Shown piece by piece: positions 9,756 through 19,222 of a DNA stretch of 64,000 bases. Under the pieces are notes generated by a model, which saw only the letters and a list, made by a program, of their open reading frames with translations, did not search any database and was not told where the DNA came from. Position 1 is the first letter of the stretch. Each line of letters starts with the position of its first letter. A program made the position numbers and the translations under genes. This DNA is from Kiritimatiellia bacterium (GTDB lineage: Bacteria; Verrucomicrobiota; Kiritimatiellia; JAAZAB01), in NCBI GenBank assembly GCA_028715905.1, contig JAQUQV010000003.1, positions 10,066 to 74,065 on the forward strand, written 5' to 3'.

Positions 9756-11327
9756 ATGCAGAATGCGAAACGCGGCATGAATAACAGGAAAGACATGATA
9801 AAAGCGCTCCGGCAAAACTGGCGCCGCCTGCGGAAAAAAATGCCGGCCTTTCGCGCGCTTTTCCGGAGAAATGCCTCCGCCGGCCGCAACCCCGTAACCG
9901 GCTTGAGGATCGCGGACGATTTGCCCTCCGCCGGCGAAGGGTTGACCGGCTTTATTGAATGGACAACGTTGCGCGAGACAAAATCCGGCGTTGAAATACT
10001 GGCGGTGAACAACGTTTCTCTGCCCGGCGATTCCGCCGGTCAGTCCGAGGGGGAGGGGCGCGGCGGGCGGCTCAAAATGCACTGCGCCGAAATAAACGGC
10101 GCGGTATCGCTGGGCATTACGCCCGACAAAATGCTGATGCGCGTGGCGGAATTGCCGACGACCGATCCGGCGGAAATGAACAGCATGATCCGGCTCCAGG
10201 TGGATGCTTCCTCTCCGTTTCCGGACGACCGGATCGTGGTTTCGCATGAAATATTGCGCAGGGACGAGTCCGGGACGCGCGTCCTGATTGTGGCGGCGAC
10301 CAAGGATTTGATTGAAAAAACAGGTTTGCTTTTTAAAAACGCCGGGCTTGATGTGCAGAGGATTGACGCCCAGGTTATGGCCTGGTGGCATCTGATTTCG
10401 GAGCATGTGCGCACATACGGCGGCGGGCGCTGCCTGTTTCTGGTTCTGGAGCCGTGGGGCGGTGTATGGATCGCCGCGCAGGGCGGCGCCCCGCTGGCTT
10501 TCCGCGCGGTGAGCCCCGCCGGCGATATGCCGTTTGCCGAATTTGCCCGCGAGGTGGCGCGGGACGGAGGGGCGCTCGTTCTCTCGCTTGATTCGGAATA
10601 CGGCGGCGCGCCGCTTGTCGGATTGGAGGCGTGGGGGCGGGGACTGGAGACCGGCGTTTTGTCCTCGGCCCTCAGCGAAGAACTGGCGCACGAAGCCAAA
10701 GTCAATTCCCTGGACTCTTTGCCGCCGCTCAGCGAGGGATTGGCGCGGCGGTTTCTGGGGACAAACCTGTCGCCGGTCTTGACCCGCGCCGGGGACGGCG
10801 GACAGCCGGTTATTGATTTAGTTCCGGAAACATGGCGTTCCGCCGTGATTGCGCAGCGGATGCGGCGGAGACTGCTCGTCTCAACGGTGGGCGTTCTGGC
10901 GGTCTGGCTGGCGGCGTTCGCCGGTTTTTTCGGCGCCTATCAATACCAGCATTACCGCCTGGCGAAACTTGAGGAAAAACAGAACGCCTTGCATCAACCC
11001 GCTGAAGAAGTGCGCATGATGCAGAACCAGACCAGGGCCTTTGAGCGGTACCTTGACCGGAAAAATTCCGCGCTGGAATGCCTCCGGGAAATCAGCCAGC
11101 ACCTGCCGAACGGCGTTTTGCTGACTTCTTTTCAATTCAAGAAAGGGAAAACCGTCGCTATCCGCGGCGAGGCGATTGCCGTGGACGCCATTTATGATTA
11201 CAAGCAGGCGCTGGATAAATCCCCGATGTTCGCCCGGATTGAAATGGGCAGCATCCAGCCCGGCAAGCGCAAAAACACCAGCGTGAACACATTTCAAATG
11301 ACGCTTCACTTGAAGGAGCAACCGTGA
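9756..11327 (+). CDS. gspL: GspL-like assembly protein (PilM-like actin-fold cytoplasmic domain fused to a PilN-like TM and periplasmic domain)
   Basis: N-terminal part resembles PilM/GspL cyto domain. C-terminal third has one TM (LLVSTVGVLAVWLAAFAGFF) plus a PilN-like coiled-coil/ferredoxin-like region. Lies between gspK and gspM. Confidence 0.65.
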   Translation: MQNAKRGMNNRKDMIKALRQNWRRLRKKMPAFRALFRRNASAGRNPVTGLRIADDLPSAGEGLTGFIEWTTLRETKSGVEILAVNNVSLPGDSAGQSEGEGRGGRLKMHCAEINGAVSLGITPDKMLMRVAELPTTDPAEMNSMIRLQVDASSPFPDDRIVVSHEILRRDESGTRVLIVAATKDLIEKTGLLFKNAGLDVQRIDAQVMAWWHLISEHVRTYGGGRCLFLVLEPWGGVWIAAQGGAPLAFRAVSPAGDMPFAEFAREVARDGGALVLSLDSEYGGAPLVGLEAWGRGLETGVLSSALSEELAHEAKVNSLDSLPPLSEGLARRFLGTNLSPVLTRAGDGGQPVIDLVPETWRSAVIAQRMRRRLLVSTVGVLAVWLAAFAGFFGAYQYQHYRLAKLEEKQNALHQPAEEVRMMQNQTRAFERYLDRKNSALECLREISQHLPNGVLLTSFQFKKGKTVAIRGEAIAVDAIYDYKQALDKSPMFARIEMGSIQPGKRKNTSVNTFQMTLHLKEQP

Positions 11328-11899
11328 AAATAACATCAAGGGAAATGCTGCTCGGCTGGTTGGCCGGTTTCGTGATGCTCACGGCCGTCTCGCTCTGGAT
11401 CTGCGGGCCGAAGGTGAAAATCTGGAGGGAATTGAACGGCCGTTCCGGAACGGTCGCGCGCCGGATTGAGGTGGCGGAACATCTTGTGGCGCAGAAGGCG
11501 GAGTGGAACAAGCGCTTGCGGGATGTGGCGCAGAAGCTGACCAAATACCCGCCGGATCAGGATGTTACCGCCGATTATCTGAAAATCCTTGAAAATATTG
11601 TCAAGGAAAACAACGTCACTCTTTCACAGCGCGTGCCTCAGAAGGAAAAAAGACACGACATCCTTTACAGTTTGACGATTAATTGCACCTGGGAGGCGGA
11701 ACTGGGCGATCTGGTGCGTTTTCTGTACGCGCTTGGACAGCAGAAAACCACCATGGATGTTGACGATCTGAACATATCGCTCGTGGGCGGCGGCAAGAAC
11801 AGATTGAAGGGTAATTTTGCCTTTGTCGGCCTTTACACCAGAACGGGCGCGCCATCCGCGCAGCAGAAAAAGGAAGAGATTCCGCGGAAAAACAATTAG
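11324..11899 (+). CDS. gspM: GspM/PilO-like assembly protein
   Basis: GTG start with GAAGGAG Shine-Dalgarno, overlapping the gspL stop. Single N-terminal TM, coiled coil, then PilO-like fold (about 190 aa). Confidence 0.62.
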   Translation: MKITSREMLLGWLAGFVMLTAVSLWICGPKVKIWRELNGRSGTVARRIEVAEHLVAQKAEWNKRLRDVAQKLTKYPPDQDVTADYLKILENIVKENNVTLSQRVPQKEKRHDILYSLTINCTWEAELGDLVRFLYALGQQKTTMDVDDLNISLVGGGKNRLKGNFAFVGLYTRTGAPSAQQKKEEIPRKNN

Positions 11900-11909
11900 A
11901 CTGTTCCAG

Positions 11910-11944
11910 TTAAACATGATACACTTTTGCGTAGAAGTTTAAAA
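11910..11944 (+). repeat. repeat family A, partial copy (first 35 nt only): TTAAACATGATACACTTTTGCGTAGAAGTTTAAAA
   Basis: Identical to the 5' part of the gene-facing orientation of the family A copies at 15215-15309, 22368-22460 and 34571-34670. Ends 14 nt before the gspD ATG. Confidence 0.55.
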
Positions 11945-11958
11945 GAGTAAAACAAGAG

Positions 11959-14574
11959 ATGGGCGGAATGATTTGTAACCCTGAAATTTGGCGCGCAATC
12001 AATTGCCTTCTTAAGCTTTTAAAGCGGGCTGAAGACCGCAATCCAAAGGGCCGGGCCGCCCAAACCGCGTGGCCGCGGCGGAAAAACCTGTTCCGTCCCG
12101 GCCGAAGCCTGCCTGCGGCCGCCCGGCTGTTTGCCGTTTTGATGTTGATTTTGGCCGTTCTGCCATTGATTTGCCGCGCTCAAATTGTTGCCGAGGAGGA
12201 GGAGGAGGAGGAGGAGGTGGCGACGGCGGTGCCGGGAAAAGCCGGCGTGGCAGTCCCCGCCCCGGAGTTGCCGCCGATTATGCCCCGTACGCCGGACACG
12301 GTTCAGACCGACCTGCCGGTCGGCTTGAAATATGAAAACATTGATTCGGACGAGGTCATCAAGCAATACAGCGACTGGACCGGCCTGGCCCTGATGAAAT
12401 CCCCCGATGTTCCCACCGTAAAGATTACGCTCAAATGTCCGAAACGCCTGCCGAAACGCGAGGCCCTGCTGGCCATTGAAGGAGTGCTGGCCATGAACGG
12501 CATTGCCCTGGTGCCGATGGGCGACAAGTTTTTAAAAGTCGTCAAGATTGAGACGGCCCGCCAGCATGGCATGAAAACAGGCACCGGGCCGCTTGAAAAG
12601 GATATTGCCACGGCCGACCATCTCGTGAGCCGGATTGTGGAATTAAAGCACCTTGACATTGCCGAGGCGCAGAACGCCATTCAGTCTTTCCTCCATCCCT
12701 ACGCCAAAGTCATTCCGATGGAAAGGGTCAATTGCATCCTGATCACCGAGACCGCCAACAATCTCAAGCGCATCTTGGAAATATTTGAAATCATAGACCA
12801 GCCGATTGAAAGCCGCGAGGACATGCGCATTTTCCAGATAAAATACGCGAAAGCTTCGGAGATCCAGAGCAAAATAGAGTCAATTATCGCCGATGTTCAG
12901 ACGAAGGACACCAAAAGCGCCCTCATCACCCGGCAATTGGCCACCGCGCGCATGCCCTTCCAGCCGGTGCGAGCCGGCCCCCCGGCGCAGCCCGCCCAGG
13001 CCGCCATGGATTCCGAAACTACCGGAACCGCCTTTGACCGCAGTTTGATCCAGAGCAAGGTGAAAATGGTGGCGGACGACCGCATAAATTCGCTCATTGT
13101 CATCACCCGCGTGGAACAGTTCCGCTTCATAGAAAATATCATTAAAGCCCTGGACCAGAAGATTGAACCGGATGTTACCATCAAGGTTCTTACGCTTGAG
13201 TATGCGGATGCCAAGGAGGTCGTTTCGCTCCTGAACACGTTTATTACGGCCGCATCCTCCAGCTCAAAGTCGGCGCAGACCCCGCCCTTGCTGCCGGTTC
13301 CGGAGCGGCCCGCAGAACAGCCGAAACAGGAAGGGCGGAAAGAAGGCGAAACAACCGATGCCGGTGAAAATCAGATCAGCGGAAAACTTTCTTCCGATGT
13401 GAAAATTATTGCCGACAGCCGGATCAACGCCCTGCTCATCATGGCCTGCAAGGCGGACCTGGAAATCATTGAGGAGGTCGTCGCCAAGGTTGACATCATG
13501 CTTTCCCAGGTGCTGATTGAAGTGGTGATTATTGAGGTGTCCCTGACCGACAAGTTTAAAATGGGAATTGACTGGCTGCAGCGTTCAATGATCGCCTACA
13601 ATGAAAAGCAGGGCGGCGGCCGGCGCGCATTCCTCGGTTTTTCCGGCGCCGGACGCGTCGGCGCGGACGGCGCCATCAAAGACGGCGCGGGCATCAATAC
13701 AATCGCCGACAACACCACCAGCGCCGGCTCCGGGCTGACGTATTATTTCACTTTCTTTGACTATAATATTGACGCGGTCCTCAACATGCTGGCCACGACC
13801 GATGACGCCAAAATCCTTGCCACGCCGGTCATTTTAACCACGGACAATACCGAGGCTAAAATCCTGGTCGGCGAGAAAAGGCCGGTGGTGACCGGCACCA
13901 GCATTTCCAGCGCCACCCAGCAATCCACCTACCAGTACGTTGATATCGGTATTGACCTGGAGGTTACCCCCCATATCAACAAGAACGGTTTTGTGATTAT
14001 GGACGTGAAGCAGAAAGTTGACAACACGCCCGGCAACGTAACGATTGACGGCAATCCGGTCCCGATCATCACCACCCGCGATTTTACCGCTTCCATTTCG
14101 GTCAATGACGGCCGGACGGTTATCATCGGCGGAATCGTGAATGAGCAAAACACCAAAGCCAGGACAAAAATCCCCTTCCTGGGCGATATCCCCCTGCTGG
14201 GGCTGCTTTTCCGCAGCGACAGTGACGAATTGAAGCGCACCGAGCTTATGGTGATGCTTACGCCGTACGTGCTTGACACGCCCGCCGAGGCTTACGCGGA
14301 GACGGCCCGGCGGCACGCCAACCTGAAAGGCATTTCCAACCTCTGGGTCCAGGGCTGGTCGCCCAGCGATTTGGCTGCCCCGTCGCAAGAGAAAGTCCGG
14401 GGGCAGGAGCAGGAGGAGAGAAAAAGGACAGAACCCGGCGAGCCGGTGGAAGTTTATCCGCTCGGAGAAAACGCCGTGAATGCCATTCTCCCCGGGAAGT
14501 CTGCGCCGCATCCGGAAAATCAACCGGCGGCGGATTATCAAATGCCCGCTTCCAACTCGCCCGCCGTAAAATAA
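11959..14574 (+). CDS. gspD: type II secretion secretin GspD
   Basis: Several N-domains, secretin domain (..GIVNEQNTKARTKIPFLGDIPLLGLLFRSDSDELKRTELMVMLTPYVL), signal peptide. The start could be a few codons downstream. Confidence 0.9.
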   Translation: MGGMICNPEIWRAINCLLKLLKRAEDRNPKGRAAQTAWPRRKNLFRPGRSLPAAARLFAVLMLILAVLPLICRAQIVAEEEEEEEEVATAVPGKAGVAVPAPELPPIMPRTPDTVQTDLPVGLKYENIDSDEVIKQYSDWTGLALMKSPDVPTVKITLKCPKRLPKREALLAIEGVLAMNGIALVPMGDKFLKVVKIETARQHGMKTGTGPLEKDIATADHLVSRIVELKHLDIAEAQNAIQSFLHPYAKVIPMERVNCILITETANNLKRILEIFEIIDQPIESREDMRIFQIKYAKASEIQSKIESIIADVQTKDTKSALITRQLATARMPFQPVRAGPPAQPAQAAMDSETTGTAFDRSLIQSKVKMVADDRINSLIVITRVEQFRFIENIIKALDQKIEPDVTIKVLTLEYADAKEVVSLLNTFITAASSSSKSAQTPPLLPVPERPAEQPKQEGRKEGETTDAGENQISGKLSSDVKIIADSRINALLIMACKADLEIIEEVVAKVDIMLSQVLIEVVIIEVSLTDKFKMGIDWLQRSMIAYNEKQGGGRRAFLGFSGAGRVGADGAIKDGAGINTIADNTTSAGSGLTYYFTFFDYNIDAVLNMLATTDDAKILATPVILTTDNTEAKILVGEKRPVVTGTSISSATQQSTYQYVDIGIDLEVTPHINKNGFVIMDVKQKVDNTPGNVTIDGNPVPIITTRDFTASISVNDGRTVIIGGIVNEQNTKARTKIPFLGDIPLLGLLFRSDSDELKRTELMVMLTPYVLDTPAEAYAETARRHANLKGISNLWVQGWSPSDLAAPSQEKVRGQEQEERKRTEPGEPVEVYPLGENAVNAILPGKSAPHPENQPAADYQMPASNSPAVK
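12194..12217 (+). repeat. (GAG)8 trinucleotide repeat encoding a poly-Glu tract just after the secretin signal peptide
   Basis: gaggaggaggaggaggaggaggag in frame gives EEEEEEEE. Confidence 0.7.
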
Positions 14575-14651
14575 AAGCGAGGGGCGCGGGGCAAAAACGA
14601 TTTGCGGCGCGTTGCTTGCGCGCTTGTTCCGTTTCGGATGGAATCCTGCCC

Positions 14652-15206
14652 CTAATTTGAGCTGGTGAGTTGTTTCAGTTCGTCGCGCAGCTTGGCGGCG
14701 TCCTCGTAACGCTCCTCGGCCACGGCCTTGGCGAGCCGCTGTTTCAGTTTTTCAACCGGAGATATTTTCTGCTGGAGTTCCCCGTCTTTCTGCAGGACGG
14801 AATCTTCGTTTTCCTTGAGGATTACCCCGGCGTTTTCCATGACCGCTTCGGCCGCAAAAATCGGCGCCGAAAAACGCAGGGCCAGCGCGATGGCGTCGCT
14901 CGGGCGCGAATCAAGCTCTATTTCCATGCCGTTCCACTCCAGGAACAGTTTTGCGTAAAAAGTGTTGTCCCGCAGGTCGCAGATTTCAATCCGCTTCATG
15001 CGGCATTCAAGATTATCCATCAGGTCTTTCAGGAGATCGTGGGTTAAAGGCCGCGGCGGCCGGATGTTTTCCAGCACGAAGGCGATGGCCTGGGCCTCGG
15101 CCGCGCCGATGAAAATCGGCAGGGTGCGGTTGTTGCCTTCTGCCTTCAGGAAAACAACAAATCCCATATTGGAAAGCGAAATCTGGCTGACTTTTACCGC
15201 AATCAT
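14652..15206 (-). CDS. bifunctional nuclease (BFN/DUF151) with C-terminal UVR domain
   Basis: DUF151-like core, C-terminal UvrB/UvrC-type motif EERYEDAAKLRDELKQL. Confidence 0.8.
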   Translation of the reverse strand: MIAVKVSQISLSNMGFVVFLKAEGNNRTLPIFIGAAEAQAIAFVLENIRPPRPLTHDLLKDLMDNLECRMKRIEICDLRDNTFYAKLFLEWNGMEIELDSRPSDAIALALRFSAPIFAAEAVMENAGVILKENEDSVLQKDGELQQKISPVEKLKQRLAKAVAEERYEDAAKLRDELKQLTSSN

Positions 15207-15214
15207 GTTTCCCG

Positions 15215-15309
15215 CCTAAGGCGGCAGTGCCGCCATCCAAAACTTTCCCGGCTGGCGATCCGCCGGTTTTATTTAAACTTCTACGCAAAAGTGTATCATG
15301 TTTAAATGG
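15215..15309 (-). repeat. repeat family A, copy 1 (about 95 nt), facing the BFN gene start
   Basis: About 90% identical to 22368-22460 and to the reverse complement of 34571-34670. Contains hairpin GGCGGCAGTGCCGCC. Ends 9 nt before the BFN ATG. Confidence 0.6.
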
Positions 15310-15320
15310 AACGGTCTAAA

Positions 15321-15704
15321 TTATTCGGTCAGCTGTTTTTCATACTCGGAAGCTGCCAGCAGTTTTTCAGCGTCCTGCGGGTCGTCGGGCTTGATTTTGA
15401 CCAGCCAGCCCTCGCCGTAGGGGTCGGCGTTGATCGCATCCGGCTTGTCGGCCAGGTTTTCATTGACTTCCACAATGGTGCCGGCGACCGGCATGTAGAC
15501 GTCGGCCGCCGCCTTTATTGATTCCACCACGGCCATTTCCTCGCCGGCTGAAATATGCCGGTTGGCCGCCGGCAGTTCCACATAGGTGATGTCGGAAAGC
15601 TGGTGCTGGGCGAAATCGGTTATGCCGGTTTTGAGCAGGTCGCCCTCAACCTGCGTCCATTCGTGCGTTTTGGTGTATTTGCGGTCAGACGGTGTAACGG
15701 CCAT
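15321..15704 (-). CDS. gcvH: glycine cleavage system H protein
   Basis: 127 aa; KYTKTHEW..lipoyl-lysine motif region ESIKAAADVYMPV. Confidence 0.9.
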   Translation of the reverse strand: MAVTPSDRKYTKTHEWTQVEGDLLKTGITDFAQHQLSDITYVELPAANRHISAGEEMAVVESIKAAADVYMPVAGTIVEVNENLADKPDAINADPYGEGWLVKIKPDDPQDAEKLLAASEYEKQLTE

Positions 15705-15771
15705 TTTTATCTCCGTGATTTTTTTGTTGCTGTTTCACACATGTATCTTAAACACTTTACCGCTTTAAGAT

Positions 15772-16722
15772 TTATTTGGCCAGAATTTTTTCTATTTCGG
15801 ACAGGGTATCCGCGGATAGATTGATTTCGGCGGCCGGCGCAACCTGCCGGATTTGTTCCGGGCGGCGCGCGCCGGAGATGGCCGCGGTTACTTCCGGCCG
15901 GCGCAGAATCCAGGCGATGGCCAGCTGGGCCGGGGTGATTTTGTTCCCGGCGGCTGTTTTTTTCAGCGCCTCAACTTTTGAAGCAATGCGCGAAAAGGCG
16001 GGCCCGTTGAACATGGGGTCGCGCCGGCGGTGGTCATCCTCGCCGAGCCCGGCGATGTATTCCGCCGTGATTTTGCCGGTCAGCAGGCCTTTCTGGAGGG
16101 GGCTGTAACAGATGACGCCGATGCCGTTTGCAGCGCAAAACTCCAGCAGGCCGTCTTCAACGTTTCTTTTCAGCATGGAGTAGGGGGGCTGGAGCGAGGC
16201 GACCGGATGGATCGGCAGGATGCGTCTGATCTGTTCCTCGGAGAAATTTGAGACGCCGCCGTAACGCACTTTGCCCTCCCTGATAAGCGCGGCGATGGTT
16301 TCCCATCCTTCTTCAATTTGTTCGTCGGGGTCATTCCAGTGAATCTGGTAGAGATCAATCGTGTCCAGTTGCAGGCGGCGCAAACTCGCCTCGCATTCCG
16401 CGCGCACGCTTTTGGCGCGGAGGTTGTTGCCGACCTGTCCGGAACTGTCCCATGTCCGGCCGCATTTTGTTGCGACAAACGGCTTTTGTTTGAGCTCTTT
16501 CAGGGCGCGGCCCAGCACTTCCTCGGCGTGTCCCAGGCCGTAGACGGCGGCGGTGTCAATCCAGTTTATGCCCGTTTCCAGGGCGGCCCTGATGGCGGCG
16601 ATGGATTCGTTGTCATCCTGTTTCCCCCAGCCGAAGGCCCATTTCCCGCCGCCGTGCGCCCAGGTTCCCAGACCGATCACGGTCAGGTCAATTCCGGTTG
16701 CGCCGAGTTTGCGTGTTTTCAT
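15772..16722 (-). CDS. aldo/keto reductase family oxidoreductase
   Basis: AKR signatures (GTWAHGG.., IDTAAVYG, GVSNFS). ORF trimmed to Met at 16722 (MKTRKLGATGI). Confidence 0.85.
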   Translation of the reverse strand: MKTRKLGATGIDLTVIGLGTWAHGGGKWAFGWGKQDDNESIAAIRAALETGINWIDTAAVYGLGHAEEVLGRALKELKQKPFVATKCGRTWDSSGQVGNNLRAKSVRAECEASLRRLQLDTIDLYQIHWNDPDEQIEEGWETIAALIREGKVRYGGVSNFSEEQIRRILPIHPVASLQPPYSMLKRNVEDGLLEFCAANGIGVICYSPLQKGLLTGKITAEYIAGLGEDDHRRRDPMFNGPAFSRIASKVEALKKTAAGNKITPAQLAIAWILRRPEVTAAISGARRPEQIRQVAPAAEINLSADTLSEIEKILAK

Positions 16723-16810
16723 GTTTTCCCCCGATTGAATATACGTTAATATGCAACCGTATTCATTATGCAAGCTAAATGGAAAAAGTCCACCGGGAAA
16801 GGATAAAGAA

Positions 16811-17359
16811 ATGCAACAGGCGCTTATGGCTCTGATCAATGAAAGAAAAAGCGTGCGCACGTATCAAAACCGGCCCGTGCCCAGGGAAAAGATTGATAAA
16901 TGCCTTGAGGCGGCCCGGCTGGCGCCCTCGGCCTGCAACAGCCAGCCCTGGTCTTTTGTAATCGCGGACCGGGAACCCCTGCGTGCCAAACTGGCGCAGG
17001 CGGCTTTTTCCGGGGTCTATGCCATGAACGATTTTGCGGCGCGGGCCCCGGTCTTGATTGCGGTTGTGACGGAACGCTCAAAATTCATGGCCGCGCTCGC
17101 CGGGAAATTCCGCGGTGTGCAATACAGCCTGATTGATATCGGCATTGCCTGCGCTTTTCTTTCGCTGGCGGCGGAAGCGGAGGGGGTGGGCGCCTGCCTG
17201 CTGGGCTGGTTTGATGAACGCGCCGTAAAAAAAACGCTCGGTTTGCCCGGAAACAGCAGGATTGATATTATGCTGAGCATGGGATATAGTGCCGGGAACA
17301 GGACGCCGGGTAAGGCAAGAAAAGCGCTTGATGAAATCCGGCATTACGGTATAAAATAA
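16811..17359 (+). CDS. nitroreductase family protein
   Basis: Nitroreductase fold motifs (RKSVRTY, SACNSQPW). AAGGATAAAGAA ATG. Stop overlaps the next start (TAATG). Confidence 0.8.
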   Translation: MQQALMALINERKSVRTYQNRPVPREKIDKCLEAARLAPSACNSQPWSFVIADREPLRAKLAQAAFSGVYAMNDFAARAPVLIAVVTERSKFMAALAGKFRGVQYSLIDIGIACAFLSLAAEAEGVGACLLGWFDERAVKKTLGLPGNSRIDIMLSMGYSAGNRTPGKARKALDEIRHYGIK

Positions 17360-19089
17360 TGAGTTTGCGCGTCAAGATGCTTATTCTGCTCGCGTTGGTC
17401 TGCGCGTTCGGTCTTTTTGACCATTCGCTCTGGTCCGGGAACGACACGCGCGAAGGCGCCATGATCAGCGAAATGGTGCGCACCGGCACCTGGGTCGCGC
17501 CGGTTTTTAACGGAACTTGTTATCTTGAAAAGCCGCCGCTCCTGCACTGGACCGGAGTTGTTTTCTGCCGCCTGTTCGGCGCCGTCAACGAGGGGCTGGT
17601 GCGTTTGCCCGCGGCCGTTTACGCGTTTGGGACACTGCTGGTTGTGCTGGCCTGGGCGCGTTCCATGGGGCGGGAGGGGGCCGGATTTGCCGCCGCTTTC
17701 ATGTGCGCCACCTCGGCCCTGTTTTTTGAATACGCGCGCATTGTCCTGACCGATTCCGCGCTCACGTTCATGTTCGTTTTTTCGCTCTGGGTTTTTTGGC
17801 GCGCGCAGGCGGCGGAAAAATGGTTTTTCGGCCGCTGCCTGCTCTTTCTCTTTGTTTCGGCTTTTTCGTTTTATGCCAAGGGGCTGATCGGTCCCGGCAT
17901 GGTCTGGCTTTCGGTCATGGCCTGGCTGTTTATCCGTAAAAAATTCCGGTTTGCCCTGCTGCTTGCGCTTGCGTTTCTTCCGGTGTTTGCGCTTGTTCTC
18001 TCGCCCTGGGTCTTTGCGCTCTGGAAAACGGGCGGCTATCCTTACCTGCAGACGGTTTTCTGGGACAATCAATTCGGACGTTTCCTCTATTTTAACGATC
18101 CGGCTCTGCCGCTGGATCCGTACCAGGTGCACAAGGAGCCGGTTTATTTTTATCTCCTGAGCCTGCCCGTGCGCCTTTTACCATGGACTTTGCTGGTGAT
18201 ACCCGCGCTTTACCACTGGTTCCGGCGGGAAAGTCCTGTCCGGGACAGCCTGGCTGTTTTTTTAAAAACGAGCCTGCTGGCCAGCGCGTTTTTGCTGCAT
18301 GTTTCATCCGCCAAGGCGGCCTGTTATGCCCTGCCGCTTTTCCCGATGATATTTTTAATGACCGCCGTCTGGCTGGAAGACGCGGCCATGAAATGGCCTG
18401 CCGCGGCCGCCGCCGCGCGGCCCTCTCCGGCGGAATGGTTTGACCGGCTTGAACGCGGTTTGATCAGGATGACGTTCATAACAATGTGGATAGCCGTCAT
18501 TGCCGCGCCGGTTGCCTATTTGCTGTCCTTTTCCCTGGGAATAAAACCGGTACGGACGCCGTGCACGGGGGCAAACGCGGTTTGTATAACAAGCGCCCTG
18601 CTCGCGGTCTTGGCCGGTCTTTTCCTGGGCAACCGCCTCCGGGCGGCATTCCGGGAAGGCCGGCGGCGGTCGGCGCTTCTGACCGCCCCCGTGCTGGCGG
18701 CCATCATCGGCCTGGTGGGCGGGGCCGTGTTTGTCCCCGCCGTTGATTATTACCGGACTTATGTGCCTTTTACCCGCATGGTCCGGGGGGAAATCAAGGA
18801 TGCCCGGCGGATCGCCTTTGCCTCCGACTCGGAACGGGACATCGGCGCCTTCATGTTTTATCTTGATTCGCGTCTCGCGGTTGTTTCAGCCACAAACACG
18901 GCCTCCCTGGAAAATTTTTTAAACGGAAAAGAGCGGGCGGGAATTATTGTCCCGGTTGATAAATTGCGGTTTGTGCTCCATAACCTGCGGGGGTATCCCT
19001 GCCGGGTGAAAAGAGCGGATCATTCCGGCAAAAAATCGGATTCTTTCCGCCTGATGATTGTCAATCCGGACGGCGGAAGGTTGCCGTGA
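17359..19089 (+). CDS. ArnT/PMT-like GT-C glycosyltransferase (GT83/GT39 family)
   Basis: Periplasmic-loop signature DTREGAMISEMV..YLEKPPLLHW, more than 10 TM helices. Confidence 0.8.
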   Translation: MSLRVKMLILLALVCAFGLFDHSLWSGNDTREGAMISEMVRTGTWVAPVFNGTCYLEKPPLLHWTGVVFCRLFGAVNEGLVRLPAAVYAFGTLLVVLAWARSMGREGAGFAAAFMCATSALFFEYARIVLTDSALTFMFVFSLWVFWRAQAAEKWFFGRCLLFLFVSAFSFYAKGLIGPGMVWLSVMAWLFIRKKFRFALLLALAFLPVFALVLSPWVFALWKTGGYPYLQTVFWDNQFGRFLYFNDPALPLDPYQVHKEPVYFYLLSLPVRLLPWTLLVIPALYHWFRRESPVRDSLAVFLKTSLLASAFLLHVSSAKAACYALPLFPMIFLMTAVWLEDAAMKWPAAAAAARPSPAEWFDRLERGLIRMTFITMWIAVIAAPVAYLLSFSLGIKPVRTPCTGANAVCITSALLAVLAGLFLGNRLRAAFREGRRRSALLTAPVLAAIIGLVGGAVFVPAVDYYRTYVPFTRMVRGEIKDARRIAFASDSERDIGAFMFYLDSRLAVVSATNTASLENFLNGKERAGIIVPVDKLRFVLHNLRGYPCRVKRADHSGKKSDSFRLMIVNPDGGRLP

Positions 19090-19222
19090 GGACAACCAAG
19101 CGGGCGCGCGGTGATTTGAAAGCATTGAACATTTTTAAAAACGGTTGGCGGCCGGCCTGAAAATCGTGTCTGAAATAAACACCATTTCCGAAAAATTCCG
19201 CTCGTGTGCAGCCGGCGGAGCA

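Noticed and set aside
15013-15288. ORF reading MRRSLNKTGGSPAGKVLDGG..., and the equivalent N-terminal extension MRRILNKAGESPPGKVFNGG... of ORF 34589..35137
   Set aside because: This is the translation of repeat family A from a non-ATG start. The element also occurs where no such ORF is possible (22368-22460 is followed by a stop). It is treated as non-coding.
15215-15309. Sigma54 promoter (GG-N10-GC) inside repeat A (GGCGGCACTGCCGCC)
   Set aside because: The spacing puts TT, not GC, at the -12 position, and there is no TGGCAC/TTGCW match.
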